Made by a program: the position numbers and the translations under genes. A stretch of DNA of 64,000 nucleotides, taken from NCBI GenBank assembly GCA_964016885.1, contig OZ024742.1, forward strand, positions 35,588,001 through 35,652,000, read 5' to 3'. The stretch is from Eledone cirrhosa. Lineage: Eukaryota. This document shows, piece by piece, positions 26,475 through 41,351 of this stretch (within the stretch, counting starts at the first letter, position 1; every line of letters begins with the position of its first letter). The notes below the pieces were generated by a model. The model was not told the DNA's origin and searched no databases. It saw only the letters and a program-made list of their open reading frames with translations.

Positions 26475-26780
26475 ATGTATGTATGCATGTATGTATGTAT
26501 GTATGTATGTATGTATGTATGTATGTATGTATATATATGTATGAATGCATGAATGTATATATGACTCTGTGTACACACATATATATATTTAGTCTTTTCA
26601 GTCTAAATGTTCACACCAATGAAATCTTGATTATGTAACTTTGCATAAACAAAGGAAGATACTCAACTCCATCAAAAGTATACACACACCTCGACCCCAC
26701 CCTCACACATACATATATATATATGTATATATATTTATATATATATATATACATATAATACATATATATATATATATATA

Positions 26781-26831
26781 AGTTTCAGAAGATCCCGTTA
26801 AGAATGAAAGCAGCGATTCTTTGCTTAAACT
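26781..26831 (+). ncRNA. Hammerhead-like motif with CAGAAGA core, in (TA)n
   Basis: agttt CAGAAGA tcccgttaagaat GAAA gca...tgc TT aaact. Confidence 0.5.
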
Positions 26832-26842
26832 TTAATCTGTTA

Positions 26843-27000
<158 letters not shown>

Positions 27001-27273
27001 CATATATATATATATACATACATATATATGTATATATACATATATATATATGTATATATATATATATGTATACATATATATGTATACATATATATATACA
27101 TATATATGTATACATATATATGTATACATATATATGTATACATATGTATACATATATATATATATATATATGTATACATATGTATACATATGTATACATA
27201 TATATGTATACATATATATTTATACATATATATGTATACATATATATATATATACATATATATGTATATATAT

Positions 27274-27678
27274 AGACCCCTTAGCCTTTGTCACAAGGCA
27301 GAATTCTAGGAGAAGGAAAACTCTGATATAACACCTGCAACCCTGATGGTATCCAATGATGTTGACTTGTTCTTCTTTTTTGGTAAATATCATCTTGGTT
27401 AAGAGAGTGGGACTGGCTTTGTGCAGTGCCTTTGCTCACTATAAAAGCTTCACGGCACAGGCATTGCTTTATATCTGGAGATCTCTCTGCACTTGTCGTC
27501 ACATGGTACCATGGGCCCAGCACTATGTGTCAATAATTGTCACAAGAGTAGTGTTTGTACCAGAGTTTTCAAGCCGCTGGCTGGACTAAAAAGTCACACT
27601 TGTTCAGCACATCGGTAGGGGTTCTCCTACATGGATATAAAGTAGTGGCCGTACTTGAAAACGAGTTGGCAGCCTCCA
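27274..27678 (+). mobile_element. 5'-truncated copy of the 610-bp RTE-derived element
   Basis: Matches 39794-40196; TA repeats on both flanks. Confidence 0.8.
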
Positions 27679-27707
27679 TGTATATATATATATATATATA
27701 TGTATAC

Positions 27708-27739
<32 letters not shown>

Positions 27740-27843
27740 GTATGTACATATATATATATATATATACATACATATATATATATACATACATATATATGTA
27801 TATATACATATATATATATGTATATATATATATATATGTATAC

Positions 27844-27886
<43 letters not shown>

Positions 27887-27997
27887 CATACATATATATG
27901 TATATATATACATATATATATATATGTATATATATATGTATACATATATATATACATATATACATACATATATATGTATATATACATATATATATAT

Positions 27998-28233
27998 TGT
28001 TATACTTGGGGAGGGTCATATTTGTGTAATATTGCCAGAATTAATAACAGAACACACTCACAGTTTGGTTGGTTTTCGCTTCTCGCTTCTGTGTCTTTTA
28101 TATCGGTAATCTAACTTACTCAGTCCTCAATGTTGCCATTGACTGACCGACGGTCAAAAATAATACAGATACAATATAGACACAAACACATATATATAGT
28201 TTATCATAAATCTTTCGTTGCACATCTGCAACA
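27998..28233 (-). mobile_element. Possible solo LTR
   Basis: TGTT...AACA termini; TATAAAA on the minus strand at ~28096-28102; no clear TSD. Confidence 0.4.
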
Positions 28234-28676
28234 TCTTCAGTGGTGTTATATTTTCCTCCTGTTGTATTGTATGTCTACGCCATTTTTATTCAGTCTGTCT
28301 ATATATTTATTTATTTATTTGCTTGTTCGTTTATTTTATTTTGTCTTCTTTGCGCATGCGTTTGCGTGTGTGTATAGTGTTTTGTTTGCTGTGTGATGGG
28401 TGACTAGTGTGTGTTTATGTGCTTGTTGTTATTTTGCTTGTGTATGTATTTATTTATTTATTTATTTATTTTATTTTATTTACTTATTTATACTTCTCTT
28501 AGGTCAGTGTTGTTTGTTTGGGTGTTGTTGTTATTCCATATGTATATATATATATATATGTATACATATATATATACATATATATATACATACATATATA
28601 TGTATATATACATATATATATATATGTATATATATATATGTATACATATATATATACATATATATATACATACATA

Positions 28677-28716
<40 letters not shown>

Positions 28717-28851
28717 CATATATATATACATATATATATATACATACATATATGTATATATACATATATATATGTATATATATATATATGTATACATATG
28801 TATATATACATATATATATATACAAACATATATATATATATATATACATTT

Positions 28852-28983
<132 letters not shown>

Positions 28984-29173
28984 TTGTACATATATACGTT
29001 TATGTGTGTGCAAAGAATATATACATTTGTTGTACATACTCTAATTTCGTAACTAAACAGCTTATGTAATGAATAGCCTGGTTTCGCAATAATCACTTCT
29101 CGTCAGTTCGCCGTTCAATCGTACACACATACTTGCACACACACATACGTTCTTTCTGACCTACTCTCTCTCA

Positions 29174-29237
<64 letters not shown>

Positions 29238-29349
29238 ATCTCACTCTCTCACTCTCTCACTCTCTCACTCTCTCACTCTCTCTCTCATACATCTATGTAT
29301 GTATTTGTGTATATGTATATGTATATATCTATCTATCTATCAATCTATC

Positions 29350-30700
29350 TGTTGGGACGTGTTATGGAATGGTTCCCTTTGGGAAGGAGTGTATGCCTCT
29401 TGAACCTTTGTTTGAAAGAAACATCTCTGTGGACGGTGCAGATTTATGCACCAAACAGTGAGTTTAAATACAGATCCCTCCTTTATGAAGTTACTGAAGC
29501 ATTAGATGTAGTTAAGATAGAGTCCTATATCTTAATGTGAGACTGCACATATTAGCACTGATCATCTGACACGGAAAGGTGTGATTAGAAGAAAGGTTGA
29601 ACCCGATCTAAATGCGAACAGAGAAGCTTTATTAGATTTCTGTTATAATGGTCTTTCTATTATAAACACCTTCCTGCTTCACAACTATATCCAAGTATAC
29701 ATGGTATAAGAAAAATCTGGGACAGAGGTCAATAGTTAATTTTTTTAATTGTCTCTTATCTTTTTGATTCTGTGCTAGACGTTCATGTTAAGAGAGGGGC
29801 TGAGCTGTTAACTGATCCCTATCAGGTTATCTGCAGCCTGAGATTACCTAAAGTCAAGAAATGCTATAAAACTGGCAGGACTAACTTCACCTACAACATA
29901 ATGCTGGAAGCGCTGGTTGATGAGGTGTTTGGGAGCAGGTATACAGATTCTATTGCATCCAAATCCAGAGAACTTCCTGAACAAAATTAGGTCGTTGAAA
30001 CGGAGTGGAGACTATTCAGCCTGCCAGTTTTTGTTTCAGTTGTTAAATACTGCGAGCGAAAGCGGCTTGGTGTAAGGTTTGGTGGAAGTAGGACCTCTTT
30101 ATCCAACCAGTAGTTTAAAGATGTCATCCGAACGAAGGAGAAAGCTTACAAAACTTGGATTGGAAATACGCCTTCCGTCTTGCACTCGCTGTATAGGCAG
30201 GTGCGAAAGATCACAGCGGGGATAGTAAAGGCGTTCAGTGTTAAAATGTTGGGGTTGAACTAAAATCTGAATTTAGATCAGCAAATAAAGTATTCTGACA
30301 GACCATCCGCCTACTTCGTAATAAGAAGTTCACCACCACACCTGCTTTCAGGAACTCGTTTGGTGTTCTTCTCTCTGAAGAGAGGTGCATCCGCACGAAG
30401 AGGAGAGAATAATTTGCTGATATAAATCCTGTCACAACAACATCTCCTTATGTTACATGAGATGCATCAAAAGAGGTGGAGACTAACCTTTCTGAGGCTG
30501 AGATCACCATAGTAGTTAAAGTTCTCAAATGTGGCAAGGCCTCCAGAGAGGATGAAATTTAGCCCTAGATTTTAAAAGCATCAAATAGAGAAGCTATGCT
30601 CTGGCTGATTCATGTCTACATGATGCCCTGGACTTCTGGGAAAGGCACCAATGATAATCAGTAGTGATAATCCCAATTTTTTCCACAAGGTAAGGACAGG
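29350..30700 (+). pseudogene. Decayed Expander-type RTE (APE and RT N-terminus)
   Basis: VQIYAPNS, LDVHVKRGAELLTD, KCGKASREDEI; many stops. Confidence 0.75.
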
Positions 30701-31734
30701 AACGAACACAAAACTGAAGGCATAGGGTTTTACAACTACCTTCCTTTTGTTACTGAATATGCCCCTGGTTCTACGATACGAAACAGCATGTTTTAAAATA
30801 TTTAGATTTATCTACACACTTTTCATTACAATATTATGTAGCTTTGTTATGTTTCAAACAGTTCAATACTGGGAATGATTAGTCATAATACAAAATATAT
30901 TACTAACAATTTTTCACTGCTTTAAAATGATTTGAAAATAATTGTCAGTGTCTTTCATTAGAAATATGCTAACGAAAGCGTTAAGTGTTTATACTTATCC
31001 CAAAACCTTCCATCATAATTCTATCTAAGAACATTTGTTAAGTTATGTTCCAAACGACAGCTTAATGTATTTATGGTATTAAATGCCTCCAAATTATTGA
31101 ATTTAAAAAAAGAGCGATTTAATATATATAAGCTGCGTATTTCATTAGGAATATGGTAACGAAATGGTTAAATTGTTTATATTTATTCTAAAAACATTCC
31201 GTCATAATTTTATTTAGGAACCTTTGTTAAGTTGTGTTCCAAACATCAGTTTAATAATGAGAAAGTTAGTTATATTATTATATTCATGAACATTGAATAT
31301 TTTCAAAATGATTTGAAAGTAACTGGCAATGTTTTTCATTAAAAACATGGTAACGTAAAGGTTAAAATCTAAATTTCATAGAATATAAACAATTATGCAA
31401 CAGATATTTGTTTTAGATATGGCAGAAAGAGAAATGTCAGTGAGTCATCGGAGCCTCTGAGAAGAAATATCTTGTGATTGGTCTGAATATTCTGGCCAAC
31501 AACCCCTTTTCTCTCTTCTCTAATACCCCCACCTATATACCTGGTATCGTATATAATATGCGTGGGAACAGCAAGGAGCAGACTGTGTCTGTCTATATTT
31601 TTCTATATACAATAATAAAAAAAAAAAAGAGTGGAGTGGTTAGTAAGCAGTTCTAGAGATTAACAAATGTTTCCTCTTTAGATAGCGACTTTCTGCTACC
31701 ACGAAATAAAATGAAATGAAACGAAATGAAAACA

Positions 31735-32570
31735 GCATCATCACTATCATCAACACCACCACCGTCACCACCACTACCCCCCCCCACCACCACCACCGTC
31801 ACTACTACCACCACCACCGTCACTACTACCACCACCGCCGTCACTACCACCACCACCACCACCACCGCATTATCATCACCATCATCACCATCATCACCAT
31901 CCTCATCGTCATTATCTTGCAGCAACATAAACACCAGCACTACATCCACAACCACTACCGCCACCACAACCTCCACTCCACCCCACTCCCACCACTACCT
32001 ACACAACCATCATTACAACCACTCACCACCAGACTGCCACCATCACTACTACCACCATAACCACCACCTACAAAAATACCATTACCATCACTATCACCAC
32101 CCACCACTACCGGCAGCAGCAGCAGCACCACCACCAACACTACCATCACAACCACCACGACAACCATTACCACCACCACCACCACAACCACCACGACAAT
32201 CATTACCACCACCACCACCACCACCACCACCACCACCACCACCACCACCACCACAACCACAACCACCACGACAACCATTACCACCACCACCACCACAACC
32301 ACGACCACAACCACCACAACAACCATTACCATCACTCACCACCACTACTGGCAGCAGCACCACCACCACAACAACCACCACCACCACCACCACAACCACA
32401 ACCACCACGACAACCATTACTACCACCACCACCACAACACGACCACAACCACCACGACAACCATTACCATCACTCACCACCACTACTGGCAGCAGCAGCA
32501 CCACCACCAGCACCACCACCACAACTACCACCACCACAACCACCACCACCACCACCACCACTCACATAAC
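31735..32570. repeat. (ACC/CCA)n low-complexity tract with internal duplications
   Basis: Direct reading. Confidence 0.9.
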
Positions 32571-32729
32571 AAGAAAGTAACCACAGTAGAACTGTTTAAA
32601 CACTGATTGCTCCTCACCCAAAGACTTCATTAAACATTTTTTTTTATATTTCACACATTTCGTTTCTACTAATTCGTTTGTACTAAATATTTTTTTATGA
32701 TGACGTCAATTCATTGAAACAGGTTACAT

Positions 32730-32950
32730 AATTGTTTCTACTTTTGGCACAAGGCCAGCAATTAACCCAGTGTATTACTGGTACTTTATTAAAAAAGTTA
32801 CATAATAATAGCGTTTTCGAATTAAGGCACAAGGCCAACAATTTGGTAGGAGACGAAGTCATTAAATAGACCTCAGTGCGTTACTGGTATTTCATTTTTT
32901 CGACCCCGTAAAGATGATAGGCAAACTAAACTCGGCGGGATTTGAACTCA
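32730..32950 (-). mobile_element. SINE fragments
   Basis: Tail, core and B box. Confidence 0.7.
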
Positions 32951-32951
32951 C

Positions 32952-34630
32952 GGTAGCACTGCCAAGCGAGAGATTTCTGGAAGTTATCCATAGTCCCAGA
33001 CTCTAAAGTCCTCTGGAACAAAGTGGTCAGTTCGACTTTGTCGACGCCCAGATTCTCCGAATGCGTCCACCAATAATAATCTATAGAACTCGAGAGTGGA
33101 AGTTCCACTGACCACATTGTCCACCTGGTAGAAGGCAGTGAGCGCCTCGCAACATTCCAGGTGCCAGGTGCCTAGTCTCTGTCTCTTCTTGACCCAGGAC
33201 TGCAGCTCAGTCAATGAGACGAGCAAGGGAAAGGCTTGTCTCACAAATGGTGACCATACCTGTTCACCATTTAGGAAGAATATCTGGTGATGCCGCAGTC
33301 TCAGCGCAAGTTTGCGCATCATTGGCCACTGGATGCCCAATCTTCCGCGTAGAGGGTGCTGGTAACAGATGGACCGCCTCATCAAGGGAACTTGTCCCCT
33401 CCTCAAGAAGTAGAAGACGAGCCGCTCCAATTTGGCGAGGCGCAAACGGGGGCAAGGCACGATGGTCAGGCGGTAGTAGATGACGGACGCGATATACGCG
33501 TTCGCCACCTTCACCCGACCTTTCAGGGACAATTTCCTCTCGGCCCATTTCTGGTTGAGAATGGCTACCTTGATCGTAACAGCGTCCCAATTCTTATCCA
33601 CCTGGAGCTCTGGTCCGAACTAAACTCCGAGTAACTTTACCGGTCCGTCCGTCCAGCGTCCGACGACGCTGTTGAACGGCACGAACTTGACTCTCCAGGT
33701 TCCAAACTGCAAGCCTATCAACTTTTCCGGGTTTAGTCTTGCTCCCGTCAACTTTTCAAATTCCACTAAGAAGATGCCGACCACTCATGTTTCCAATGAC
33801 ATGCGAGAAGCTCTCCCCTATTGTATTGTAAGTTTCTATACGCTCAATCATACTATTATTAAACTTGAAGGTGCTGGTTTTAGATATGCTCTCTGTTTCA
33901 TTCTCCACCCCTTGTGCTATGAAGCAGATCAATTCATTGTTTGCCTCTCTCACTAGCACAACGTTTGACGTAGGTACTATTTGTTGCTATTGTGTTGTGT
34001 GCAAGTGTTGTTCTTGCGTGTATTTTATTTGTGTTGCTGTAAGTGGTGGTGGGATTAGTGCTGCTTCAGGTGTGTCTGTTTTAGATACGGGTGTGGTTTT
34101 GGTGATGGTTTCGAGACTGTGTTGAGGGAAGATGTTTTTTTTCTTCTTTTCGTCTAGTTTAATGGAGTCCACTCCCCTTCGCAGTTACATGAGGTTTCTA
34201 TATTGAAAGAATCGGACTCGTATGGGGGTGAGGTGCGTCTATGTGTGTGATTGTGTTTGAAATAGGAATAGATTAGGGGACGTGTGATGTGTAGCTGTGG
34301 TGTGAGTTCCACTGAGGGGCTTGTTGGCTTTTGCTTCTCTTGTTTTTATTGCTGATGTTGCTGTTGCTGCTGCTATTGGTGTTGCTGCTGCTGTTGTTCT
34401 TCCTGTTGTCATAGCTCTTGTTTTTCTTACTGTTGTTACAGCTGCTGCTGCTGCGGGTGTTGGTGTCGCTTCTGGTACTGATGTTGATGCTGCCGCTGTT
34501 GTTCCTCTTGTCATTGGTGCTGCTACGACTGTTGTTGTTGTTCTTGTTGTTGCACGTTGGTGTTGAGGGGGCTCTGGTATCGGAAGTATGGTAGAAAGGG
34601 CTGTGGTTGGCTGTCTTTTATTGAGGGCGG
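32952..34630 (-). pseudogene. Older, deleted Tx1-clade copy (ORF2 piece; possible ORF1 remnant 33960-34630)
   Basis: KLSLKGRVKVANAYIASVIYYRLT and MDNFQKSLAWQCYR are homologous to ORF2 at 41352-44813. Confidence 0.75.
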
Positions 34631-35279
34631 AAACCTCTCAAGTAGTTAACATCACCACATAAATACCTCGAGGTGTTGCTTCTGTTTTATCCAATGCACC
34701 CTTTCCTTTCCCAAGGCAGTAGGGTGTTATTTTCGGGTGATTTGGTTGCTATTACTAGCATGTGATATTAGCAGGTTGTGCAGCCGGAGAGAGGTGCTTC
34801 AAATTCTGTCTTACTATGTATATAAATGCTTTTGTAAAGTGTTTGTGAATTTATGTGTGTGCATCTCCCCCTCTCTCCTTTAAATTAGTGTATTGACTCT
34901 ATATATATGTGTGTGTGTGACGGGGGGGGGGGTATCTGTCTGTGTGAGTGTGTGCATGTATGTGTAAGAGTGTGTGTATACGGATATATATTTACGTTTG
35001 CGTTATGGTATGAATATATCTTTGTAAATGAAATGTCACTGTTATATGGGTCGGTGAGAGCCAAAGAAATAGGTCTATGTTCTACTTTCGTGACACAATA
35101 AGACGGAAGCATCTTGGAAACAGATGTCAGATGAAATCGGTGAGATAGCTGTTTTATTACAATGTCTAAAGGCTTTACAGTTGGCTATGAGAACATAAAT
35201 GTCATATTTACGAAAGATTGTAAATACTCATAGATTTTTTTTTATTTTATATTAGGACAATTTAATGTCAGTTATACAT

Positions 35280-35360
<81 letters not shown>

Positions 35361-35383
35361 CATATACATACATATACATATAC

Positions 35384-35436
<53 letters not shown>

Positions 35437-35439
<3 letters not shown>

Positions 35440-35626
35440 ATAATAATAAAATTGAAGACTAAAATCCAAAGAGGGCTCGATAAGGAAAATATATATCAAA
35501 TATATAAGAACCGTAGAGCAAATATTCATTAAAATAACAATCCAGTTCTGCGTTTACAGATTGACTTTGTTAGTTTCAGAAGATCCCGTTAAGGGTGAAA
35601 GCAGCGATTCTTTGTTTAATCTGTTA

Positions 35627-35632
<6 letters not shown>
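35437..35632 (+). mobile_element. Short (TA)n-embedded element with CAGAAGA hammerhead-like motif (35572-35620)
   Basis: 5' part is the reverse complement of ~12400-12480; 3' part matches 26781-26850. Confidence 0.55.
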
Positions 35633-35689
<57 letters not shown>

Positions 35690-35692
<3 letters not shown>

Positions 35693-35906
35693 TGCGAGAA
35701 TCGTTGATATTAACTCAACGGCCTCCAGCCAACGCCTTACCAACTCAGTGAAACTACAAGTTGCAGTAATGATATTGCAACTTGTAGTTCTAAGTCCACT
35801 AAACTTCCTATTTACTAAAATGTGTGCACTTAGAACTACAAGCTGCAATATCATTACTGCAACTTGTAGTTCTAAGTGCACACATTTTAGTAAATAGGAA
35901 GTTTTG
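35690..35906. repeat. Nested palindromes with a hammerhead 3'-half-like GAAA-stem III-GUU
   Basis: 35748-35790 hairpin; 35801-35904 near-perfect inverted repeat. Confidence 0.7.
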
Positions 35907-36106
35907 TGGCTGTGTTTTGGTACAGATACGTTGTGTGTATGTGTGAATGTATGTGTGAATGTGTGTGTGCGTGTGTGCGTCTATGTGCATGTGTGCTTGT
36001 GTGTGTGTGTGTATGTGCGTGTATATGTACATGTGTGTGTGTGTGCATGTGTGTATGTGCATGTGTGCATGTATGTGCATGTGTGTATGTGTGCATGAGT
36101 ATGTAC

Positions 36107-36148
<42 letters not shown>

Positions 36149-36445
36149 ATGCGTGTGTATGTGTGTGTGTGTATGTACATGTGTGTGCGTGTGTATGTAC
36201 ATGTGTGTGTGTGTGATTAGAATGATTTGGGTCGATACAATGCAAGTTAGACATACAGGAGGGAAACTAGAGAAAGAAAGACAAACAAAATAAGTTTCAC
36301 ACTTTTACTTGGTGGTAAGAAGTAGAACATAGAAAACTTGTCTAAAGACTGGAGTAAAATATAGCAATGTATCAAAGCAAAAACAATGGAATATGTTAAC
36401 CCTTTGTCATTTATATCATTCACTATCTAAAGATTATATTTCATT

Positions 36446-36630
36446 CGGTGGATTGGCAGTATTGCAGAGGGTCGGACACCATGCTTTGACACATAGTTAC
36501 GACCCTTGCCATTCTGAGTTCAAATCCCGCCGAGGTTAACTTTGCCTTTCATCCTTACGGGGTCGATAAAATAAAGTACCAGTAATGCACTGGGTATTTG
36601 ATGGCCTTGTGCCAAAAGTAGAAACAATTA
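36446..36630 (+). mobile_element. SINE
   Basis: Full head, core and tail. Confidence 0.85.
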
Positions 36631-36780
36631 TATTTGGTGTTAGGAGCATTTGATTAAAAGAAAAGAAATGAAATGAAATCCATTGGTGTGGTAGTGGTGG
36701 TGGTGGTGGTGGTGTGGTAGTGGTGGTAGTGGTGGTGGTGGTGGTGGTACAGAGGAACTACTATCATTATAATCACCCAC

Positions 36781-36968
36781 AGGGTGGTGGGTGGGCAGTA
36801 TCGGTAGAGAGTCGGACACCTTGCTTTGAAGCATAGAGTTACGTCCCTTTATGATATTAGTTCAAATCCCGCCGAGGTTAACTTTGCCTTTCATCCTTAC
36901 GGGGTCGATAAAATAAAGTACCAGTAATGTACTGGGTAATTGCTGGCCTTGTGCCTAAAATAGAAACA
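36781..36968 (+). mobile_element. SINE with 16-bp TSD
   Basis: attataatcacccaca at 36766-36781 and 36969-36984. Confidence 0.9.
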
Positions 36969-37216
36969 ATTATAATCACCCACACGCCTTTATTGCTAAT
37001 TTACATCATACCTACTTTACGAAAATAATCTCAATCATATATTTGAGAATGATGCATATACACTATAATATAAATACATATGTATATACATATATATACA
37101 TACACACACACACACACGCATATATATATATATATGCGTGTGTTTGTGTGTATGTGTATGCGTGTGAGTGTGTGTGTATATATATATACACACACATATA
37201 TATATGTATGTGTGTA

Positions 37217-37266
<50 letters not shown>

Positions 37267-39204
37267 TATGTGTGTGAGTGTGTGTGTATATATAAACATA
37301 TATATATATATATGGGGTGGAGTACAGACATACTAACAGGAGAATAAATTGATAAGATTTATAAACAAGAGGAACATAGTATTGAAGGAAGATGAGTTGA
37401 ATGAATGAATTGACTATAAAATATCCTTCTACTGACACTCACACAGACACACACACACACATACACACACGCATACATACACATAGAACACATACACACA
37501 CACACACACACGCATACATACACATAGAGACAAACACGCACGCACAAAGATAAACACAGATATACACATAAACACACACATAATCACACACTCTCACACA
37601 CGCTCAGACAAACATATACACATGTAAACGCTAGACCTCATCAAATAACGTGACGCGTTTCCACGTTCGTGAGTAAGAAACTAATTTGCTTTGTCTCTGT
37701 TTGCAGACGATATCATCAAATGATAATCTATATACAATATCTCACATTTTGTCTTGAAATGGCGCCCGTTTCGGAAATGGCATAAGAAAATTATCGTCTG
37801 TATTTCTAAACACTCTGCTGTATGAACAGGTCGCAAAGCAGAATTATAATTTTATGATATTATATAACAATATGCATGAAGCAGGATTTGCAACATCGGT
37901 AGAATGTCTGACGTAAGGTATTGTGTTTAGTCGCGTTGTTGCTGTTGTTGTAGGTGGAGGTCATTAGAACAAGTTTAGTGCTAGTGCAACATTCGTATGA
38001 TAAATTAAGTCCTACTGTGATCATATAATCTTTTCTAACATTTATTGCGATCATGACGTTATGGGTTTAATTTCCGGTGTGGGTGGTGTGTTGTGCTCTT
38101 GAGCAAGCCAATTTATTTCATGTTGCTCCAGTTCACACAACTGCAAATAAGTTCCACCAGTAGCTTGGGAATTCTTGTATTCTCAGTTGCTGAATACTAC
38201 ATAAAAACAACATAAACTCTAAACCACGTTCAACCAGAGAAAGAAAAAACCGGACGTAATACAATAACTCTAAATGATAATTTTATATAACAATATAGAG
38301 GGGTCTAGGTAGGCAGAATCGGTAGAGCATCTGACATATTGTTTAGCTGTGTGAGGTTTTTTTGTTGATGTTGTTAGCTAACAAACGTATGAAAAAGCCC
38401 GGTCTGACCGCGATCATCCAGTTTTTTCCCATACTAATGTATCAAATAAGTATTTCTATAAAAAACAAACAAAAAAGAAGAGAAGGTAGGTTGGAATTTA
38501 AGCGAGATGTGGCTGTTATTTCTAACAGGGTGAATGACCGTGGGTCTATTCAGGTGAATTTTCTTATGTTCTGCATTTGAAACCGGTTGAGGCCGGCTAT
38601 CTATTTTCCTATTTCCGGTATCGATAACTTAAAGTACCAGAGAAATACTGGGTTCGATACAATTTACTATAGCCTTGAGATGTTGTGCAAATATGTGAAC
38701 AAAACATGTATTTGTATGCTATGTTTCGAAGGGGCGACGAAGTGACATATGGCGGTTCCTATGCATTTTAAACATGGCTATGCCATCCCTCACCAGGTCT
38801 GAACAATGATTTCTTTCAAAGAATGATAGAGGGTGATGAGGAAGTGAGAAGGAGATATAGAAGAAAACTTCGATACGATGATAGGCAAAGTTGACCTCAG
38901 TGGGATTTCAGAGCTTAGAGAGCCGGAATAAATACCACAAAGCATTCTATCGGAAATTCTAATGGCTCTGGACGCAGCTTGGCAGAATAAGATAAATTCC
39001 GGCCGGATGAACCACTTTAAATTTAGGGATTAGATATGAAGGATATTTGGTTGTTATATCTAGTAAATCAAGCAACCACATTGAGACTCCATCAGAGACT
39101 CCATTATTTCACTTCAAAAAACATTTCTCATGTGTGATGGTTGGTGATTATTTAATGATACAGAGATAAGTAACGTTCATGGAGTACATTTTATCTCTGT
39201 TTTG

Positions 39205-39570
<366 letters not shown>

Positions 39571-39586
39571 ATGTGTATATGTATGT

Positions 39587-40194
39587 GTCAGGTCACCAGT
39601 TGGTGCTACTGGTAACATGTATCCCAGTACAACCTGTCTCATGGTCGGGTCTTTGGCGACTAAACTGGCAACCCCACCAAGGTTTCTTGGTGAGGAGGGT
39701 GACTTTGGACATCCTGCAGGACTAAAAACAAAACCTGTCAAAGGGCAAAGGAGCTCTTAAGAGTCAATGGCCATCCAAAATCACCGGGAGAGATGACCCC
39801 TTAGCCTTTGTCAAGGCAGAATTCTAGGAGAAGGAAAACTCTGATATAACACCTGCAACTCTGATGGTATCCAATGATGTTGACATGTTCTTCTTTTTGA
39901 TAAATATCATCTTGGTTAAGAGAGTGGGACTGGCTTTGTGCAGTGCCTTTGCTCACTATAAAAGCTTCACGACACAGGCATTGCTTTATATCTGGAGATC
40001 TCTCTGCACTTGTCGTCACATGGTACCATGGGCCCAGCACTATGTGTCAATAATTGTCACAAGTGTAGTGTTTGTACCAGATTTTTTTCAAGTCGCTGGC
40101 TGGACTAAAAAGTCACACTCGTTCAGTGCATCGGTGGGGGTTCTCCTACATGGATATAAAGTAGTGGCCGTACTCGAAAACGAATTGGCAGCCA

Positions 40195-40196
<2 letters not shown>
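39587..40196 (+). mobile_element. ~610-bp bipartite non-autonomous RTE-derived element (full copy)
   Basis: Four copies in the window; RTE 5' UTR and 3'-end motifs. Confidence 0.75.
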
Positions 40197-40244
<48 letters not shown>

Positions 40245-40308
40245 ACATAAATATACATGCATGCTTACATATATACATAGACACAAAACCACATACACTC
40301 ACACACAA

Positions 40309-40339
<31 letters not shown>

Positions 40340-40996
40340 CATGTGAGTGTGTGTGTAATATATATAAATATAATTATATGTGTTTATATGTATGTGAGTG
40401 TGCATAATCATGTCGTGTGTGCAAATGCGAGTGTATATATGTGTATGTATAAATAAATATGCACATATATACATACAGGCGCACACACAAACACACTTAC
40501 ACACGTGTATATATATATACATACACTAAGCTCAGGCTGTATAGCCGGAAGCTAGAATTATGCAACAACAAAACCATGTGACATCCACACACCAAATATT
40601 TAGCGTAGTCATTCCTATTACTTCCTCTGACCTTTACCAATTCCTTCTCCCTGATTCTACTTTGTCTCTTCTCTCATGTCCTCACCCCCCTCTCTCTCAC
40701 TCTCTCTATCTTTCTCTTGTCTTCTCCCTCTCTCCATTTCTTTCTTCTCCCTCCAACTCTCATCCAGTCTATCTCTGCCACACGCCTTCACTCTCACTCT
40801 ACCAGTTTTTTTCTCAATCACATTACCCCAATCTTCGCTACTTTCCACTATACTCCCTCACGTACCATGTCTCTATCTCCCTCAGATACCATCTATCTAG
40901 CCCCCTCTACACCCACAGTGTGGACAAACTGACAGACAAATGGATAGATACATAGATATATTTCTTTATTAAATGGATAGATACATAGATAGATAC

Positions 40997-41060
<64 letters not shown>

Positions 41061-41351
41061 CCAGCTAACTAGATAGATAGATAGATATATTTCTTTTATT
41101 TGCCACTAGGGCATCAAAAGTGGGACAAGTACAAAGGGGGGAGTTTACACAAAAAGGCGTCCTCAATAAGGAGGAGGCAATAACAAAATATAAAAATAAA
41201 ATAAGATATAACAAAAAATAAAATTTTTAACAAAATCCTCAATAGAGAGGAGGCGCCTTGGGGGGTCGCACACACCCCCGAAAAAAGTGTGCAACCCTTC
41301 TCCTCAGGAGCACAGAGAAGGGGTGCTCCCTTGGTCTTTCATCTTCCTCAC

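Noticed and set aside
31726-32580. Pro/Thr-rich mucin- or extensin-like ORF (also 51615-52769)
   Set aside because: Trinucleotide low-complexity DNA and SINE-head repeats, open in several frames, with no splice or domain support
37620-38260. Possible host exon in unique-looking sequence (also 54400-54960)
   Set aside because: No convincing ORF with splice sites could be read; RNA-seq would be needed
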